A stretch of 47,908 nt of DNA from Chthonomonas calidirosea (lineage in GTDB: Bacteria > Armatimonadota > Fimbriimonadia > Fimbriimonadales > Fimbriimonadaceae). Position numbers and translations under genes: made by a program. The DNA is taken from positions 1-47,908 of the forward strand of contig CAMAPH010000021.1 of assembly GCA_945859975.1 (NCBI GenBank). The letters run 5' to 3'. Of this stretch, positions 9,819 through 19,731 are shown one piece after another. Below the pieces are notes generated by a model. The model searched no databases, was not told where the DNA came from, and saw only the letters and a program-made list of their open reading frames with translations. The stretch's first letter is position 1; the number at the start of each line of letters is the position of its first letter.

Positions 9819-10694
9819 GTGCCCATGGTACGCCGAGCTTTTACGCTTGTTGAGTTGCTTGTAGTTCTCGCCATCTTGCTAGTTGTCGCGGGAGTGTTGT
9901 TCCCTGTCTTCGCCGCCGCAAAAGCCCGCGCGCTTTCCACCCAGTGCGCCAGTCAGTTCAAGCAAGTCTCTCAAGCCACGCTCATTTACACTGACGACTA
10001 CGATCAGCGCTACATGCCGATCAATCACCAAGTCGGCGGCACACCAAGTTCAGAGAACGACCGAACCTGGGTCCAGCTCCTCCTGCCGTATCGGCCCGGA
10101 TTTGATCAGTTTTTCTGCCCGGAGAACCAAACCGGAAAATCTGCCATTTCGTCCACCTTTGATGCTGACCTGGTGGCCGGAGACACAAGCTCGCGCTACT
10201 ACACGGCTTCACAGAAGGTGAACCTGGGTTACAACTTCCAGTATCTGAGCCCGGTAGTTCGTGAGCGAACCGGATGGGCCGCCCGGACTCGCAGCCAGTT
10301 TGATGTCCAGTCCAGCGCGACCACCATCCTGTTTGTCGATTCCGCCGTACAAGATGCAGAAACGGGACAAGTAACTGGCGGGAGTTGGCTGGTTGTTCCT
10401 CCGTGTCGCTACTCTGCCGACTCAATCGGCCGCGCCGTCGACACCTTTACCGGCTCGTCGGCTGGCAACACCGAGGTCTACACCCCGTCGCGGGGTTGGG
10501 AAGGTGGCTCGGAGAACGTTGAATTTCGCTACGGTGGAGCTTGGACGTGGCATGCCGGACGTATGACCGTCGCGATGCTAGATGGCTCCGTGCGATCCTT
10601 CAGTCCCGGCGATCTGACTCGTGGCTGCAATTTTCAGGCCAATTGGCAAGGCTTCATCCAGAATTCCGCTGTCTACAAGTGGGATTTGAACTGA
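9819..10694 (+). CDS. Prepilin-type N-terminal cleavage/methylation protein with H-X9-DG motif (DUF1559-like)
   Basis: RRAFTLVELLVVLAIL prepilin motif, LFPVFAAAK...C.SQFKQ...YTDDYD segment, and C-terminal HAGRMTVAMLDG (H-X9-DG). Start at 9819 or 9825. Confidence 0.92.
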   Translation: MPMVRRAFTLVELLVVLAILLVVAGVLFPVFAAAKARALSTQCASQFKQVSQATLIYTDDYDQRYMPINHQVGGTPSSENDRTWVQLLLPYRPGFDQFFCPENQTGKSAISSTFDADLVAGDTSSRYYTASQKVNLGYNFQYLSPVVRERTGWAARTRSQFDVQSSATTILFVDSAVQDAETGQVTGGSWLVVPPCRYSADSIGRAVDTFTGSSAGNTEVYTPSRGWEGGSENVEFRYGGAWTWHAGRMTVAMLDGSVRSFSPGDLTRGCNFQANWQGFIQNSAVYKWDLN

Positions 10695-10734
10695 TTTCGC
10701 ACCGAAAATCGAAACCTACGGCTAAAATGCTGAT

Positions 10735-13700
10735 GTGCTTCGGCTCCCTCATCGTGGATGGCGCCTCGCCTTTCTAGGCGCGTTTGGTCTCCTTGCGTCA
10801 CTCGCTAGCCCAGCGCCCACCGAAGCCGAGATCCGGAATACCTATCGCGGCTTGATCGATCAGGTCAGCCCAGCCGGGATCAAGCAGACCTACCAAACCG
10901 TGAGCGGCTTTGGATCGCGTCTGACCGGATCCGAAGGCGAGCGACAAACCTTCAGTTACGCTGCCGAGCGTCTAACGGCCCTCGGGGCGACAAAAATCAA
11001 CAAGCGGGAATTCGACGTCACGATCCCCGATCCGACCGCGAAAGGAACGCTCACCGTCAACCAGAAGCCCATCACGGTGCTCCCGATGTGGCCGAACTTG
11101 GTGCGAACGTCCACCTGCGACGTTTCTGGCCCAATCCTTTTCGCGAAGTCTGGCTCGCTCGAAGACTTAAACGGCAAAGACGTTAAGGGCTCGATTGTCG
11201 TGGTGGAGTTCAACTCTGGCATCCGCTGGAGAAACGCGGCGACCCTCGGAGCGAAGGCGATCATCTTCCTCCAGCCTGATGTTCCTAGCCGAACGGAAGC
11301 CGAACAGAAATTTAGCGGTGTTCCGCTCTCGGTCCCTCGCTTCTACTTGCCCCTCAAAAATGCCGGTGAAGTTCTTCGCGCCGCTCAAAAGAATGAGGTC
11401 GCTACCCTCAAATGCGACCAACGTTGGGTCACCGTCAAGAGTCAGGTCATAACCGCCGATTTTGCCGGAACGGATGCGAAGCGCGCAAATGAAGTCATCG
11501 CGGTCTACGCCAATGCCGACGCGATGTCGATCGTGCCCGGGGCCGCTCCCGGAGCGGAAGCCATCGGTGGAATTGCTGGAGCCTTAGAAGTTGCCCGGAT
11601 CTACACCAAGACCCAACACGCACGCCCTCTCCGCGTCGTCATCAGCGGTGGTCACGGTCTCGCCCTCATCGGAGCCAGGGAATACGTTCAGCACTACTTA
11701 GAGTCGAACGAGCAGGCACCGTTTCTTACCCTTAGCTTAGACATCAGTTCCGGCGCGCCGACGATTGGGAGCTATGCGCGAGGTTGGTTCTATGAATTCC
11801 GCGATGAACTAGTCGACCAAATGCGGAGCATGTCCCGGATCTTTCGCGCCCATGCCGACCGCGTTGCGCTAGAAATGGGCGTCACTCCGGCGCGACTCGT
11901 TCTGATCGATGGCACCAATAACGGCGACAGTCGAACTTGGAAGAACAACATCAGCGGTAAGTTTGCCGTCGATGCCGAACCGATGGTCCTTGGTGGCCTC
12001 AATGCCCTGACCTTTATCACCGTGGAGGATAGCCGACCGAATGTCGACACTCCATTCGACACGGTTTCGCAAATTGATTTTGGCAACGTGACCCGGCAAG
12101 TCCAAACGCTGGCGTGCATGTTGCACCACGTCCTTAACGACACCACCGACCAAACCGAGACCTCTGACAACAAGGTTCCACTCTCCCCGTCGCAGCCTTC
12201 GGGAATGAGGCTTATCGGCGGCTTTGGCAAACTCCACGGCCAAGTCGTCTCCTTCGATCCCACGCGAAGTTTTGTGCCCGACGAACCGGTCCCTGGCACC
12301 CTTGCAACCTATCTAGCAAGGCAAACGACCCTCATGGGCGTTCGCGGCGATATGATCCAGAGCACGATTGGCAAGAAGGCGGACTACCGATTTATCGGCA
12401 TTCCGACGATCAACTCGTACGGTCCAATCGATCCGCCGAGGAACCGAATCGCCGCTTTTCGAATCGATACCGCTACCGGACGAATCGACCACGCCGCATC
12501 GCTTGGTTTCTACGGCGACTTCCAGTTTCGGATCTTTTTCCAGCTAAAGTCACCCGATCGGCAGTCGCCTATCGTTATCTTCCCGTGCGTTGCCATTGAC
12601 GTTTTCGGGCTGACCGACCCACAGGAACTACGAGCCCTGCGCCGCATCATGCCGACCGACGCCCGGAGCGGGTCGATGCCGCAAGACTTCGGCGTCTTCC
12701 TCCCACCGTTCGATCAGCGACTGACGGCGGAAATCGAAGACTCACAAGTGGTCTTCCTTAGTCCCGGTCAGCGCTATATCTTGTTAGGCGGTAACGATGA
12801 GAACCGACTTATTCTTACCAACTCCAAAGTTGGCAACGAGGAAGGGCTAGGCTTCCGCGCGCCCGGCGGCAAAGACACCAGCCCGCCGACCTCGCCGGCG
12901 GACGATCAATATCTCTTCCCCAACACGGCGTTGACGACCGCGAACGACATTATCGCGATCAACCAAACCCGCCTCAACCGATTCTTCAAGTATCGAATCA
13001 TCAGCCCTGGCATCCGCGACTTGCACGAAAGTGCCGTGAAGGAAGCGAAAGCGGCGGATGAATCGCTTGCCCAGAAAAACTGGGCCGAGGCGCAACGGCA
13101 CAGCCGCGCCGCCTGGGGCTTTGCCCTCCGCGCTCACCCGGTCATCATGAGCACCGCCAACGACGTCGTCAACGGCGTCGTGTTCTATCTGTTCCTACTC
13201 ATTCCGTTCAGCTACTTCGTCGAACGGCTCATGATCGGCAACCAGCTTTTGATCAAGCAGTTGCTGGCCTCGATCGGAATCTTTGTCGGATCGTTCATTC
13301 TCCTCCGGCTGATTCACCCGGCGTTCGAGATCGTCCAGAACCCGTCGATGATCTTCGTCGCTTTCGTGATGGGCGTTTTGAGCCTGATCGTCATCTCCTT
13401 CATTCTCGGCAAGTTCGAGAACTCGATGAAGGCGATCCGAGCGACCCAGAGCGGCGTTCACGACGTGGACATTAAGCGGTCCAGCGTCGCGATGGCGGCC
13501 TTCAATCTCGGCGTCAGCAACATGCGCCGACGAAAAGCGCGAACCATCCTCACCACGCTGACGCTGGTCGTGATGACCTTCATCGTCCTAAGCTTCACCA
13601 GCATCGTTGCCGATCTATCCCTGAACGAAGCACCCAGTCCAAACAAGGCAAACTACCCTGGCCTTTTGGTTCGGACACCTGGGCTTGATCCCCTTCAGTT

Positions 13701-15255
13701 GGGCACTTACCGAACGATCGCCAACGAATTCGGTGCACGCGGAACCGTGGTTCGCCGAGCGTTCTATTACGGGGCGGACATCGGTGACACTGGCGTACTC
13801 ACCCTCCAGCGCGCCGACCGAGTAGCCGAGGTGCGGGCAATGATGGGCCTTGATCCAGAAGAGGAAAAGGTTCTCCAACCACAAAAGGCCCTGCTTCCGG
13901 GCGGCCGCTGGTTCCGCAGTGGGGACCGAAATGTGGTCATCCTGCCGCAACCGCTCGCCGAGCAACTCAAGATCGCCAACAATGAAGTCGGCCGGGCCAA
14001 GGTGAACTATGCGGGAACGCAGTACACCGTCATCGGCATCGCCGATGCGGGCATCCTTCGTAGCATTACGGACCTTGACGGGGACGGCTTCATGCCGCCC
14101 GATTTCAGCCTCTCGAAGCGGTACCAAGAGCAAACGGCCAGCAGCACGCAAGCCTTCCGTAGCTATCTCCGCCTTGATCCCGGCAGCATTTTCATCGTCC
14201 CGACCGACACCGCGTTCTCCCAAGGTGCGGAGCTACGAACGGTTGCTGTGCAGTTCAATGACCCCGCCGCAACAAGGGCCGCGCTCGTTGATCTCATGCC
14301 GAGACTTCGATTGAACGTCTACGCGTCGGTACCGAAAGCAGAAGGTGCCACCGAGCTCGAAGTCAAGCAGTTCTCCATCTTCGCCGCATCGAAGAGCACC
14401 GGACTCGGACTCATCATTGTTCAGCTCCTCATCGCCAGCGTATTCGTGCTCAACACCATGATCGCGAGCGTTTACGAGCGGACCAAAGAGATCGGCATCT
14501 TCAGCGCCATCGGCCTCGCACCGAACCACATCGCGATGCTCTTCTTCGCCGAATCGCTGGTGTATGGCGTACTCGGTGCAGTCATCGGCTACTACGTTGC
14601 GCAGGGCTCGGCGAAGATTATTGTCGCTACGGGTGCGCTTCCCGGACTAACGCTGAACTTCAGCTCGACAAGTGCCGTGATGTCCGCGGTCATCGTCATG
14701 GGTGTCGTGCTCCTCAGCACCATCTTCCCGGCCAGAAAAGCTGCCCAAATCGCCGCTCCGGCGATGAACGACGAGGTGTTCAACACCGAGCCCGAAGGCG
14801 ACGAGTGGCTCCTGCCACTGCCGTTTAGCATCTCTGCCGCCGAAGCCGGGCCGCTTACCGTCTTCCTCACCGAATGGCTTAAGGCGTTCGAAGGCTTTAC
14901 CATCGGCGACTTTGTGAGCCGTGACACCGAGTCTTGGCGACTGCCGGAAGTGGTGCCGCCGGCTTACGAAGTCAGTTGCTCAATGTGGCTCGCGCCGTAT
15001 GACCTGGGCATCTCCCAGCGACTCACCCTCACCCTTGCGCCAAGCAAGGTCGCGGGCGTTTACGTGCTCGATCTGAAGCTCAACCGACTAGCGGGCGACC
15101 CGGAAAACTGGCCCACCGTCAACCGACGGTTCCTAGCAAATCTTCGCCGTCAGTTCCTAACCTGGAGAACCTTGGAGAAGGAACAGCGAGATCGGTACCT
15201 ATCAGAAGTAGCCGATCTGGCCGTAAAAGAATCGAAAGAAGCCGCGCTTGTTTAG
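10735..15255 (+). CDS. M28/PA-like domain fused to MacB/FtsX-like ABC permease (1506 aa)
   Basis: Signal peptide; PA domain (DVKGSIVVVEFNSG...GAKAIIF); M28-fold motifs with substituted metal ligands; TM cluster at about 13170-13410; RRKARTILTTL TM1; periplasmic domain; FtsX signature ERTKEIGIFSAIGL; further TMs and a cytoplasmic tail. Confidence 0.82.
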   Translation: MLRLPHRGWRLAFLGAFGLLASLASPAPTEAEIRNTYRGLIDQVSPAGIKQTYQTVSGFGSRLTGSEGERQTFSYAAERLTALGATKINKREFDVTIPDPTAKGTLTVNQKPITVLPMWPNLVRTSTCDVSGPILFAKSGSLEDLNGKDVKGSIVVVEFNSGIRWRNAATLGAKAIIFLQPDVPSRTEAEQKFSGVPLSVPRFYLPLKNAGEVLRAAQKNEVATLKCDQRWVTVKSQVITADFAGTDAKRANEVIAVYANADAMSIVPGAAPGAEAIGGIAGALEVARIYTKTQHARPLRVVISGGHGLALIGAREYVQHYLESNEQAPFLTLSLDISSGAPTIGSYARGWFYEFRDELVDQMRSMSRIFRAHADRVALEMGVTPARLVLIDGTNNGDSRTWKNNISGKFAVDAEPMVLGGLNALTFITVEDSRPNVDTPFDTVSQIDFGNVTRQVQTLACMLHHVLNDTTDQTETSDNKVPLSPSQPSGMRLIGGFGKLHGQVVSFDPTRSFVPDEPVPGTLATYLARQTTLMGVRGDMIQSTIGKKADYRFIGIPTINSYGPIDPPRNRIAAFRIDTATGRIDHAASLGFYGDFQFRIFFQLKSPDRQSPIVIFPCVAIDVFGLTDPQELRALRRIMPTDARSGSMPQDFGVFLPPFDQRLTAEIEDSQVVFLSPGQRYILLGGNDENRLILTNSKVGNEEGLGFRAPGGKDTSPPTSPADDQYLFPNTALTTANDIIAINQTRLNRFFKYRIISPGIRDLHESAVKEAKAADESLAQKNWAEAQRHSRAAWGFALRAHPVIMSTANDVVNGVVFYLFLLIPFSYFVERLMIGNQLLIKQLLASIGIFVGSFILLRLIHPAFEIVQNPSMIFVAFVMGVLSLIVISFILGKFENSMKAIRATQSGVHDVDIKRSSVAMAAFNLGVSNMRRRKARTILTTLTLVVMTFIVLSFTSIVADLSLNEAPSPNKANYPGLLVRTPGLDPLQLGTYRTIANEFGARGTVVRRAFYYGADIGDTGVLTLQRADRVAEVRAMMGLDPEEEKVLQPQKALLPGGRWFRSGDRNVVILPQPLAEQLKIANNEVGRAKVNYAGTQYTVIGIADAGILRSITDLDGDGFMPPDFSLSKRYQEQTASSTQAFRSYLRLDPGSIFIVPTDTAFSQGAELRTVAVQFNDPAATRAALVDLMPRLRLNVYASVPKAEGATELEVKQFSIFAASKSTGLGLIIVQLLIASVFVLNTMIASVYERTKEIGIFSAIGLAPNHIAMLFFAESLVYGVLGAVIGYYVAQGSAKIIVATGALPGLTLNFSSTSAVMSAVIVMGVVLLSTIFPARKAAQIAAPAMNDEVFNTEPEGDEWLLPLPFSISAAEAGPLTVFLTEWLKAFEGFTIGDFVSRDTESWRLPEVVPPAYEVSCSMWLAPYDLGISQRLTLTLAPSKVAGVYVLDLKLNRLAGDPENWPTVNRRFLANLRRQFLTWRTLEKEQRDRYLSEVADLAVKESKEAALV

Positions 15256-16010
15256 AGCAATTGATGAACCAGCGCGGCAACGTCGGCACTGAAAGGAACG
15301 CCGTCCGGCGCTTCGGATTCAACTCCAGTGAGGACCAAATGTACAGCACATCCGGCCCGGATGCCCGCTTCGATATCCGTATCCAGCCGGTCTCCGACCA
15401 CCAAAGTCTCCTCGACCGACACGCCTAGCTCCGCCATCGCAAGCTGAATTAAGTTTGGATTCGGCTTACCAACCACGAACGGCTCAGTTTGACTACAAGT
15501 CTTAATCGCGGCAACGACGCTTCCCGCTCCTGGAATGAATCCGCCGCCTTCAATCGGGAACGTCGCGTCCTCGTTAGTCGCAATGAAGAACGCGCCCGAG
15601 CGAATTGCGGCCATCGCCGCTTTCATCAGGTCGTACGTGAACGTCCGGCACAGGCCGACGATTACTGCCTCGGGCCGATCATCGAAGTCGACAATCTCTG
15701 TTCCTGCCTCGGCCAAAGACTCCTTCAGGCCCGGTTCGCCAACCACTGCGATCCGCGTTAATCCCCGCTTAGCAGCTTCTCGTACCGCGCCGTAAGCGGT
15801 GCCATAGACGAGGTCCGGCGTGCAAGGGAAACCCATCCGTGAGAGCTTGTCGCTAAAAAATTGGCGCGTTTGGGTGGAGTTGTTAGTGACGTAGGCAACG
15901 CGAACACCAGCGTCAACGAGTCGCTGCACAGCTGGCGCAGCGCCGTCAATGACCTCGTTGCCGCGATAAAGCGTACCGTCGAGGTCAAAGAGCACGGCTC
16001 GAAACGACAT
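15252..16010 (-). CDS. HAD-IIA family hydrolase (NagD-like phosphatase)
   Basis: Motifs FDLDGTLY, VTNNS, GKP and VGDRLDTDI. Confidence 0.93.
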   Translation of the reverse strand: MSFRAVLFDLDGTLYRGNEVIDGAAPAVQRLVDAGVRVAYVTNNSTQTRQFFSDKLSRMGFPCTPDLVYGTAYGAVREAAKRGLTRIAVVGEPGLKESLAEAGTEIVDFDDRPEAVIVGLCRTFTYDLMKAAMAAIRSGAFFIATNEDATFPIEGGGFIPGAGSVVAAIKTCSQTEPFVVGKPNPNLIQLAMAELGVSVEETLVVGDRLDTDIEAGIRAGCAVHLVLTGVESEAPDGVPFSADVAALVHQLL

Positions 16011-16012
16011 TG

Positions 16013-17026
16013 TCAAACCTTCCGGAAAAGCACGTAGTCTGCGACTGCCTCAAGCACTTGTCGACTATGCGATTCTGGCAAAGTAAGCAACGCTTCCTTC
16101 GCGATTCCGACTCGTCGGCGAGCTTCGTTTTCGGCTCGCTCAAACGCGCCCCGAGTATCCATCCAGTCGGCGATCATCCGAATCTCATCGTCGCTCGCGC
16201 CGTTTCCGAAACGATGGCGAGCGATCTTCTCCTCGGCGTCCGACAAGGTTTCGCGAAGATAAATCATCGGGAGCGTCATCTGCCCCTCACGGAAATCGGT
16301 GCCCGTTGACTTTCCGGTCTTCGCCTTATCGCCGCGATAGTCCAGCAGGTCGTCGACGATCTGGAAGGCGAGACCAACGTGCTTTCCGTAGGTGCTCAGT
16401 GCGCTCACTTCGTCCGGCGTTGCATTTGCGATCAGCGCGCCGACATGGCAGCAGGCTTCGATAAATCGTCCTGTCTTCAGTTCAACGATCTCTTCGTACG
16501 CCGCTTCCGTTAGATCGAAGTCGCCGCGGGCTTGAAGCTCTCGGACTTCGCCTTCGGCCATTGTTTCAACGGCCGTGCTCACAACCCGAATGACCGTCAA
16601 ATCGGCGTCAGATGCTAGCACTGACATCGCCTTCGCAAGCAAGACGTCTCCGCTCAAAATCGCGGCGGTGTTGCCGAGCTCGGCGGCGGCGGTTGGCTTT
16701 CCGCGTCGCGTCTTCGCATCATCGATGACGTCGTCGTGAATCAAGGTTGCCATGTGGATCATTTCCAGCGAGGCACCGAGCTTCACAACTCGCTCTTCTT
16801 CAAACGCGTTGCCAATTGCTTTGGCCGAAAGAGCGATAAATGCAGGGCGTAGTCGTTTTCCTCCGGCCTCCAAAGTCAGCCGGCTGACTCGCTCGACCAG
16901 ATCAACCCGACTCAGAATCTGACGTCGGAGTTCTTCCTCTACTCGATTCACGTCTTCGGCGACTTCCGCCAGAAGATCCATGTCCAGGCTTCTTTGAGCT
17001 ACAAATTCTTGAGCCGATGCAATCAT
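16013..17026 (-). CDS. Polyprenyl (hepta/octaprenyl) diphosphate synthase
   Basis: GGKRLRP, first Asp-rich motif IHDDVIDD...RRG, KTG, second motif FQIVDDLLD, GK..GTD. Confidence 0.95.
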   Translation of the reverse strand: MIASAQEFVAQRSLDMDLLAEVAEDVNRVEEELRRQILSRVDLVERVSRLTLEAGGKRLRPAFIALSAKAIGNAFEEERVVKLGASLEMIHMATLIHDDVIDDAKTRRGKPTAAAELGNTAAILSGDVLLAKAMSVLASDADLTVIRVVSTAVETMAEGEVRELQARGDFDLTEAAYEEIVELKTGRFIEACCHVGALIANATPDEVSALSTYGKHVGLAFQIVDDLLDYRGDKAKTGKSTGTDFREGQMTLPMIYLRETLSDAEEKIARHRFGNGASDDEIRMIADWMDTRGAFERAENEARRRVGIAKEALLTLPESHSRQVLEAVADYVLFRKV

Positions 17027-17745
17027 TTTTTTCTACCAAAGTGGAGGCAAATGTTTCCGAACATGAGGTCAGCGAAATCCACATCGACAAATCCGGCTTT
17101 CCGCATGGAATCAGCCAGAGCATCGCGTGACCAAAATCGCTCGGTACTTTCAGGGAGGTAGGTGTACGCCGTTTGCGCCCCAAAACGGGCACCCAGCCGG
17201 GGCAGGATGTGCTTGCTGACAAACCGAGAACCGGAACGAACGACCGGGTTTCTTGGAATCGCCATATCAAGCGACACAAAGCGACCACCTGGTCGCAAAA
17301 CGCGAAAAATCTCTTGGTGCGCGGCATCGATGTCCGGGACGTTTCGAATTCCCCAGCCAACGGTCACCACGTCCACCGACTCCGATTGAAGCGGCAACTG
17401 AACCGCATCGCCCTGAGCCAAATTGGGAAGGCTTTTCTTGCTTGCCTGTTCAAGCATCGGTACGCAAAAGTCCATACCGATGACTGCGCCGGTAGCTCCA
17501 ACCGCTTTGAGCAGATGTGGCATGAAATCGCCCGTTCCAGCGCAAAGATCAAGGGCAACTTCACCAGGCTGCGGCGCAACTTTCGTGGTCGCGAGGGCTC
17601 GCCAACGCGTGTCCTGGTTAAGGGACATCATCCGGTTCAGAACATCGTAGTTGCCCGCAATGTCGGAAAACATGGCATTGACCGCAGATCGCTTCTCTGC
17701 TCCGGATCGGTCCCAAATCGGACTATCGGCGGTCGGTCTCCCCAT
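17023..17745 (-). CDS. menG: Demethylmenaquinone/ubiquinone C-methyltransferase (MenG/UbiE)
   Basis: MFSDIAGNYDVLN, LDLCAGTGD SAM motif, GIRNV, AYTYLPES. ATGA overlap with the prenyl synthase gene. Confidence 0.92.
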   Translation of the reverse strand: MGRPTADSPIWDRSGAEKRSAVNAMFSDIAGNYDVLNRMMSLNQDTRWRALATTKVAPQPGEVALDLCAGTGDFMPHLLKAVGATGAVIGMDFCVPMLEQASKKSLPNLAQGDAVQLPLQSESVDVVTVGWGIRNVPDIDAAHQEIFRVLRPGGRFVSLDMAIPRNPVVRSGSRFVSKHILPRLGARFGAQTAYTYLPESTERFWSRDALADSMRKAGFVDVDFADLMFGNICLHFGRKK

Positions 17746-17813
17746 GTCAATTATTTATACCTCTGCTTCCGCCAAAAATGGCTGAAATTTCAGTAATTTG
17801 TGAAAACTCAGGA

Positions 17814-18566
17814 CTAATGTCTCAATTCGTCCAGCTCACTCTCGGCTTGTCGAACCGAATGGAGGTCTTCCAGGGCACGATCGAGCTTGGTCTGGGCGGT
17901 CAAACCGTAGGCTCCAACCAATCCGTCGTGCAAGGTTCGAAGCTTTTGCGTCAGTGCGTCAATCTTTGTTACGGTGCTCGCCGCGCGTGGATCGCGTTCA
18001 ACCATCTTTTCGAAGTCTGCCTTCTTCATTCCTGGCATCCGAACAAACGGTTGGGCTTCAGACATGGCGTCGTGCATTCCTTCGTCCACCGCAATGATCG
18101 AGGACTTTCGGATATCGCGCCAATGGGTTGAGCGGGCTAGGTCTTCCCATTTCTCCGAGACAAGCAGGCTTCGAACTTCCATCGCGGCTTCCGCGGTGGC
18201 GTTCAAAGCACGGCCGACTTCGGGATGGATGCGCGAAGCAAGAATTCCTTTCTTCGCGAGTTCGCGCATTTGCTCGCTCAACGCCCGCTGTCGCGCATCG
18301 TGAACGGCGTTGTTCCAAGCCATCGAATCCGCGCGTTGCTGGATCCACTTTGTGAATCCCTGAAACATCCCGTGTCCTGCTCCAAAGAACACGAAGAGGA
18401 AGATCCAACCACCCATTCGGCGAAAGATCAGGAAATACAGCGCAACGGCAAGCGCGGCAGGCAAAACAAACTGCGCGAGCGAGCTACCAAAGAAGCGCTT
18501 CCAAGAATCCTGGATGCGCACTTCGGTCAGATAGTCCTGAAGGTGCCGGACCTCAGATGGATTCAC
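17814..18566 (-). CDS. Hypothetical membrane protein (two N-terminal TM helices, helical soluble domain)
   Basis: 250-aa ORF that fills the gap between co-oriented genes. Hydrophobic segments FVLPAALAVALYFLIF and GGWIFLFVFFGAG. Confidence 0.7.
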   Translation of the reverse strand: MNPSEVRHLQDYLTEVRIQDSWKRFFGSSLAQFVLPAALAVALYFLIFRRMGGWIFLFVFFGAGHGMFQGFTKWIQQRADSMAWNNAVHDARQRALSEQMRELAKKGILASRIHPEVGRALNATAEAAMEVRSLLVSEKWEDLARSTHWRDIRKSSIIAVDEGMHDAMSEAQPFVRMPGMKKADFEKMVERDPRAASTVTKIDALTQKLRTLHDGLVGAYGLTAQTKLDRALEDLHSVRQAESELDELRH

Positions 18567-18627
18567 GTCACCTTCAATTGTGTCATGCCCGATCTTTCGA
18601 AACGGGACATTTATCGGCTGTCTCGCC

Positions 18628-19701
18628 CTACGAGAGTCGTGGAGTGAAGTCCGTTTCTGGCGTGACCCGCTTACAGAAAGCGGCCATGAGTCGAGCGCAG
18701 TCCTGAACGTCGGTCACCGAAAGCAGTTCGCACGGCGTGTGCATGTATCGGAGCGGAACGCCAAGGATGCCCACGGCCATTCCGCCCTGATTGAGCTGCA
18801 TCGCATTGCCGTCGGTGCCCGTTCCGCCCGCTTCCACATCCACCTGATACGGAATTCCATCTTCCGCCGCCGCGCGCTTGATCATGTCGAAAACGATCGG
18901 ATTCGCGTTGGCGCCGCGCATGACGCTCGGGCCCTTACCGATATCCAAACGACCATATCGGCTCTCGTCAACGCCGGGAATGTCGTTTGCATGATTTACG
19001 TCAACTGCAAGCCCAACTTGCGGAGCAATCCAATAGCTTGATGTCGTGGCACCTCGAAGACCAATCTCTTCCTGCACGGTCGCCACCGCGTACACGCCGA
19101 CTTCAGGATGGAGAGAACCTTCCTCTTTCAGTAGCCTGAGAGCCTCCATGACGATGTAGGTGCCCATCTTATTATCGAAACCGCGCGCCGTCGCACGATC
19201 GCCAAGCAAGTACTGAAACTCCCACTGGTAAGTAACACAGTCGCCGAGGGAAACAACGCTCCGGGCCTCGGCGGCGCTCTTTGCTCCGATGTCAATCCAA
19301 AGGTCATAGAGCTCCGGACGCTTCTTTCGCTCCTCTTCAGTTAAGAGGTGAATCGCTTTGCGACCGATGACGCCAGCAACCTTTTCGGAGCCGTGAACCC
19401 AGACCCGTTGACCGACAATGATCGACGCATCGTGCCCGCCAATGGTCTTGAAATACAGCAAGCCGTCCTCGCTGATGAAGTGGACGATAAAGCCGATCTC
19501 GTCCATGTGGCCGGCCAGCATGATCTTGGTTTTGGCCTCCGGATGAACAATTGCGGCGACGTTTCCGTGCACGTCGGTGCGAACCTCATCGGCAAAGCCA
19601 GAGGCATAGTCTCGAACAACTTGAGCCGCACGCTCTTCAAAGCCGGACGGAGATGGCGTGTTGACAATCAGCTCAAAGAAGCTCTTAGACTCGGACCGCA
19701 T
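18628..19701 (-). CDS. M42 family metallopeptidase (TET-type aminopeptidase)
   Basis: PSPSGFE, AGHMDEIG, FDNKMG, VQEEIGLRGA, AVDV, GGTGTD and YMHTP co-catalytic motifs. Confidence 0.94.
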   Translation of the reverse strand: MRSESKSFFELIVNTPSPSGFEERAAQVVRDYASGFADEVRTDVHGNVAAIVHPEAKTKIMLAGHMDEIGFIVHFISEDGLLYFKTIGGHDASIIVGQRVWVHGSEKVAGVIGRKAIHLLTEEERKKRPELYDLWIDIGAKSAAEARSVVSLGDCVTYQWEFQYLLGDRATARGFDNKMGTYIVMEALRLLKEEGSLHPEVGVYAVATVQEEIGLRGATTSSYWIAPQVGLAVDVNHANDIPGVDESRYGRLDIGKGPSVMRGANANPIVFDMIKRAAAEDGIPYQVDVEAGGTGTDGNAMQLNQGGMAVGILGVPLRYMHTPCELLSVTDVQDCARLMAAFCKRVTPETDFTPRLS

Positions 19702-19731
19702 AAGTCCGGATATTTGACCCTATCTTAACAA

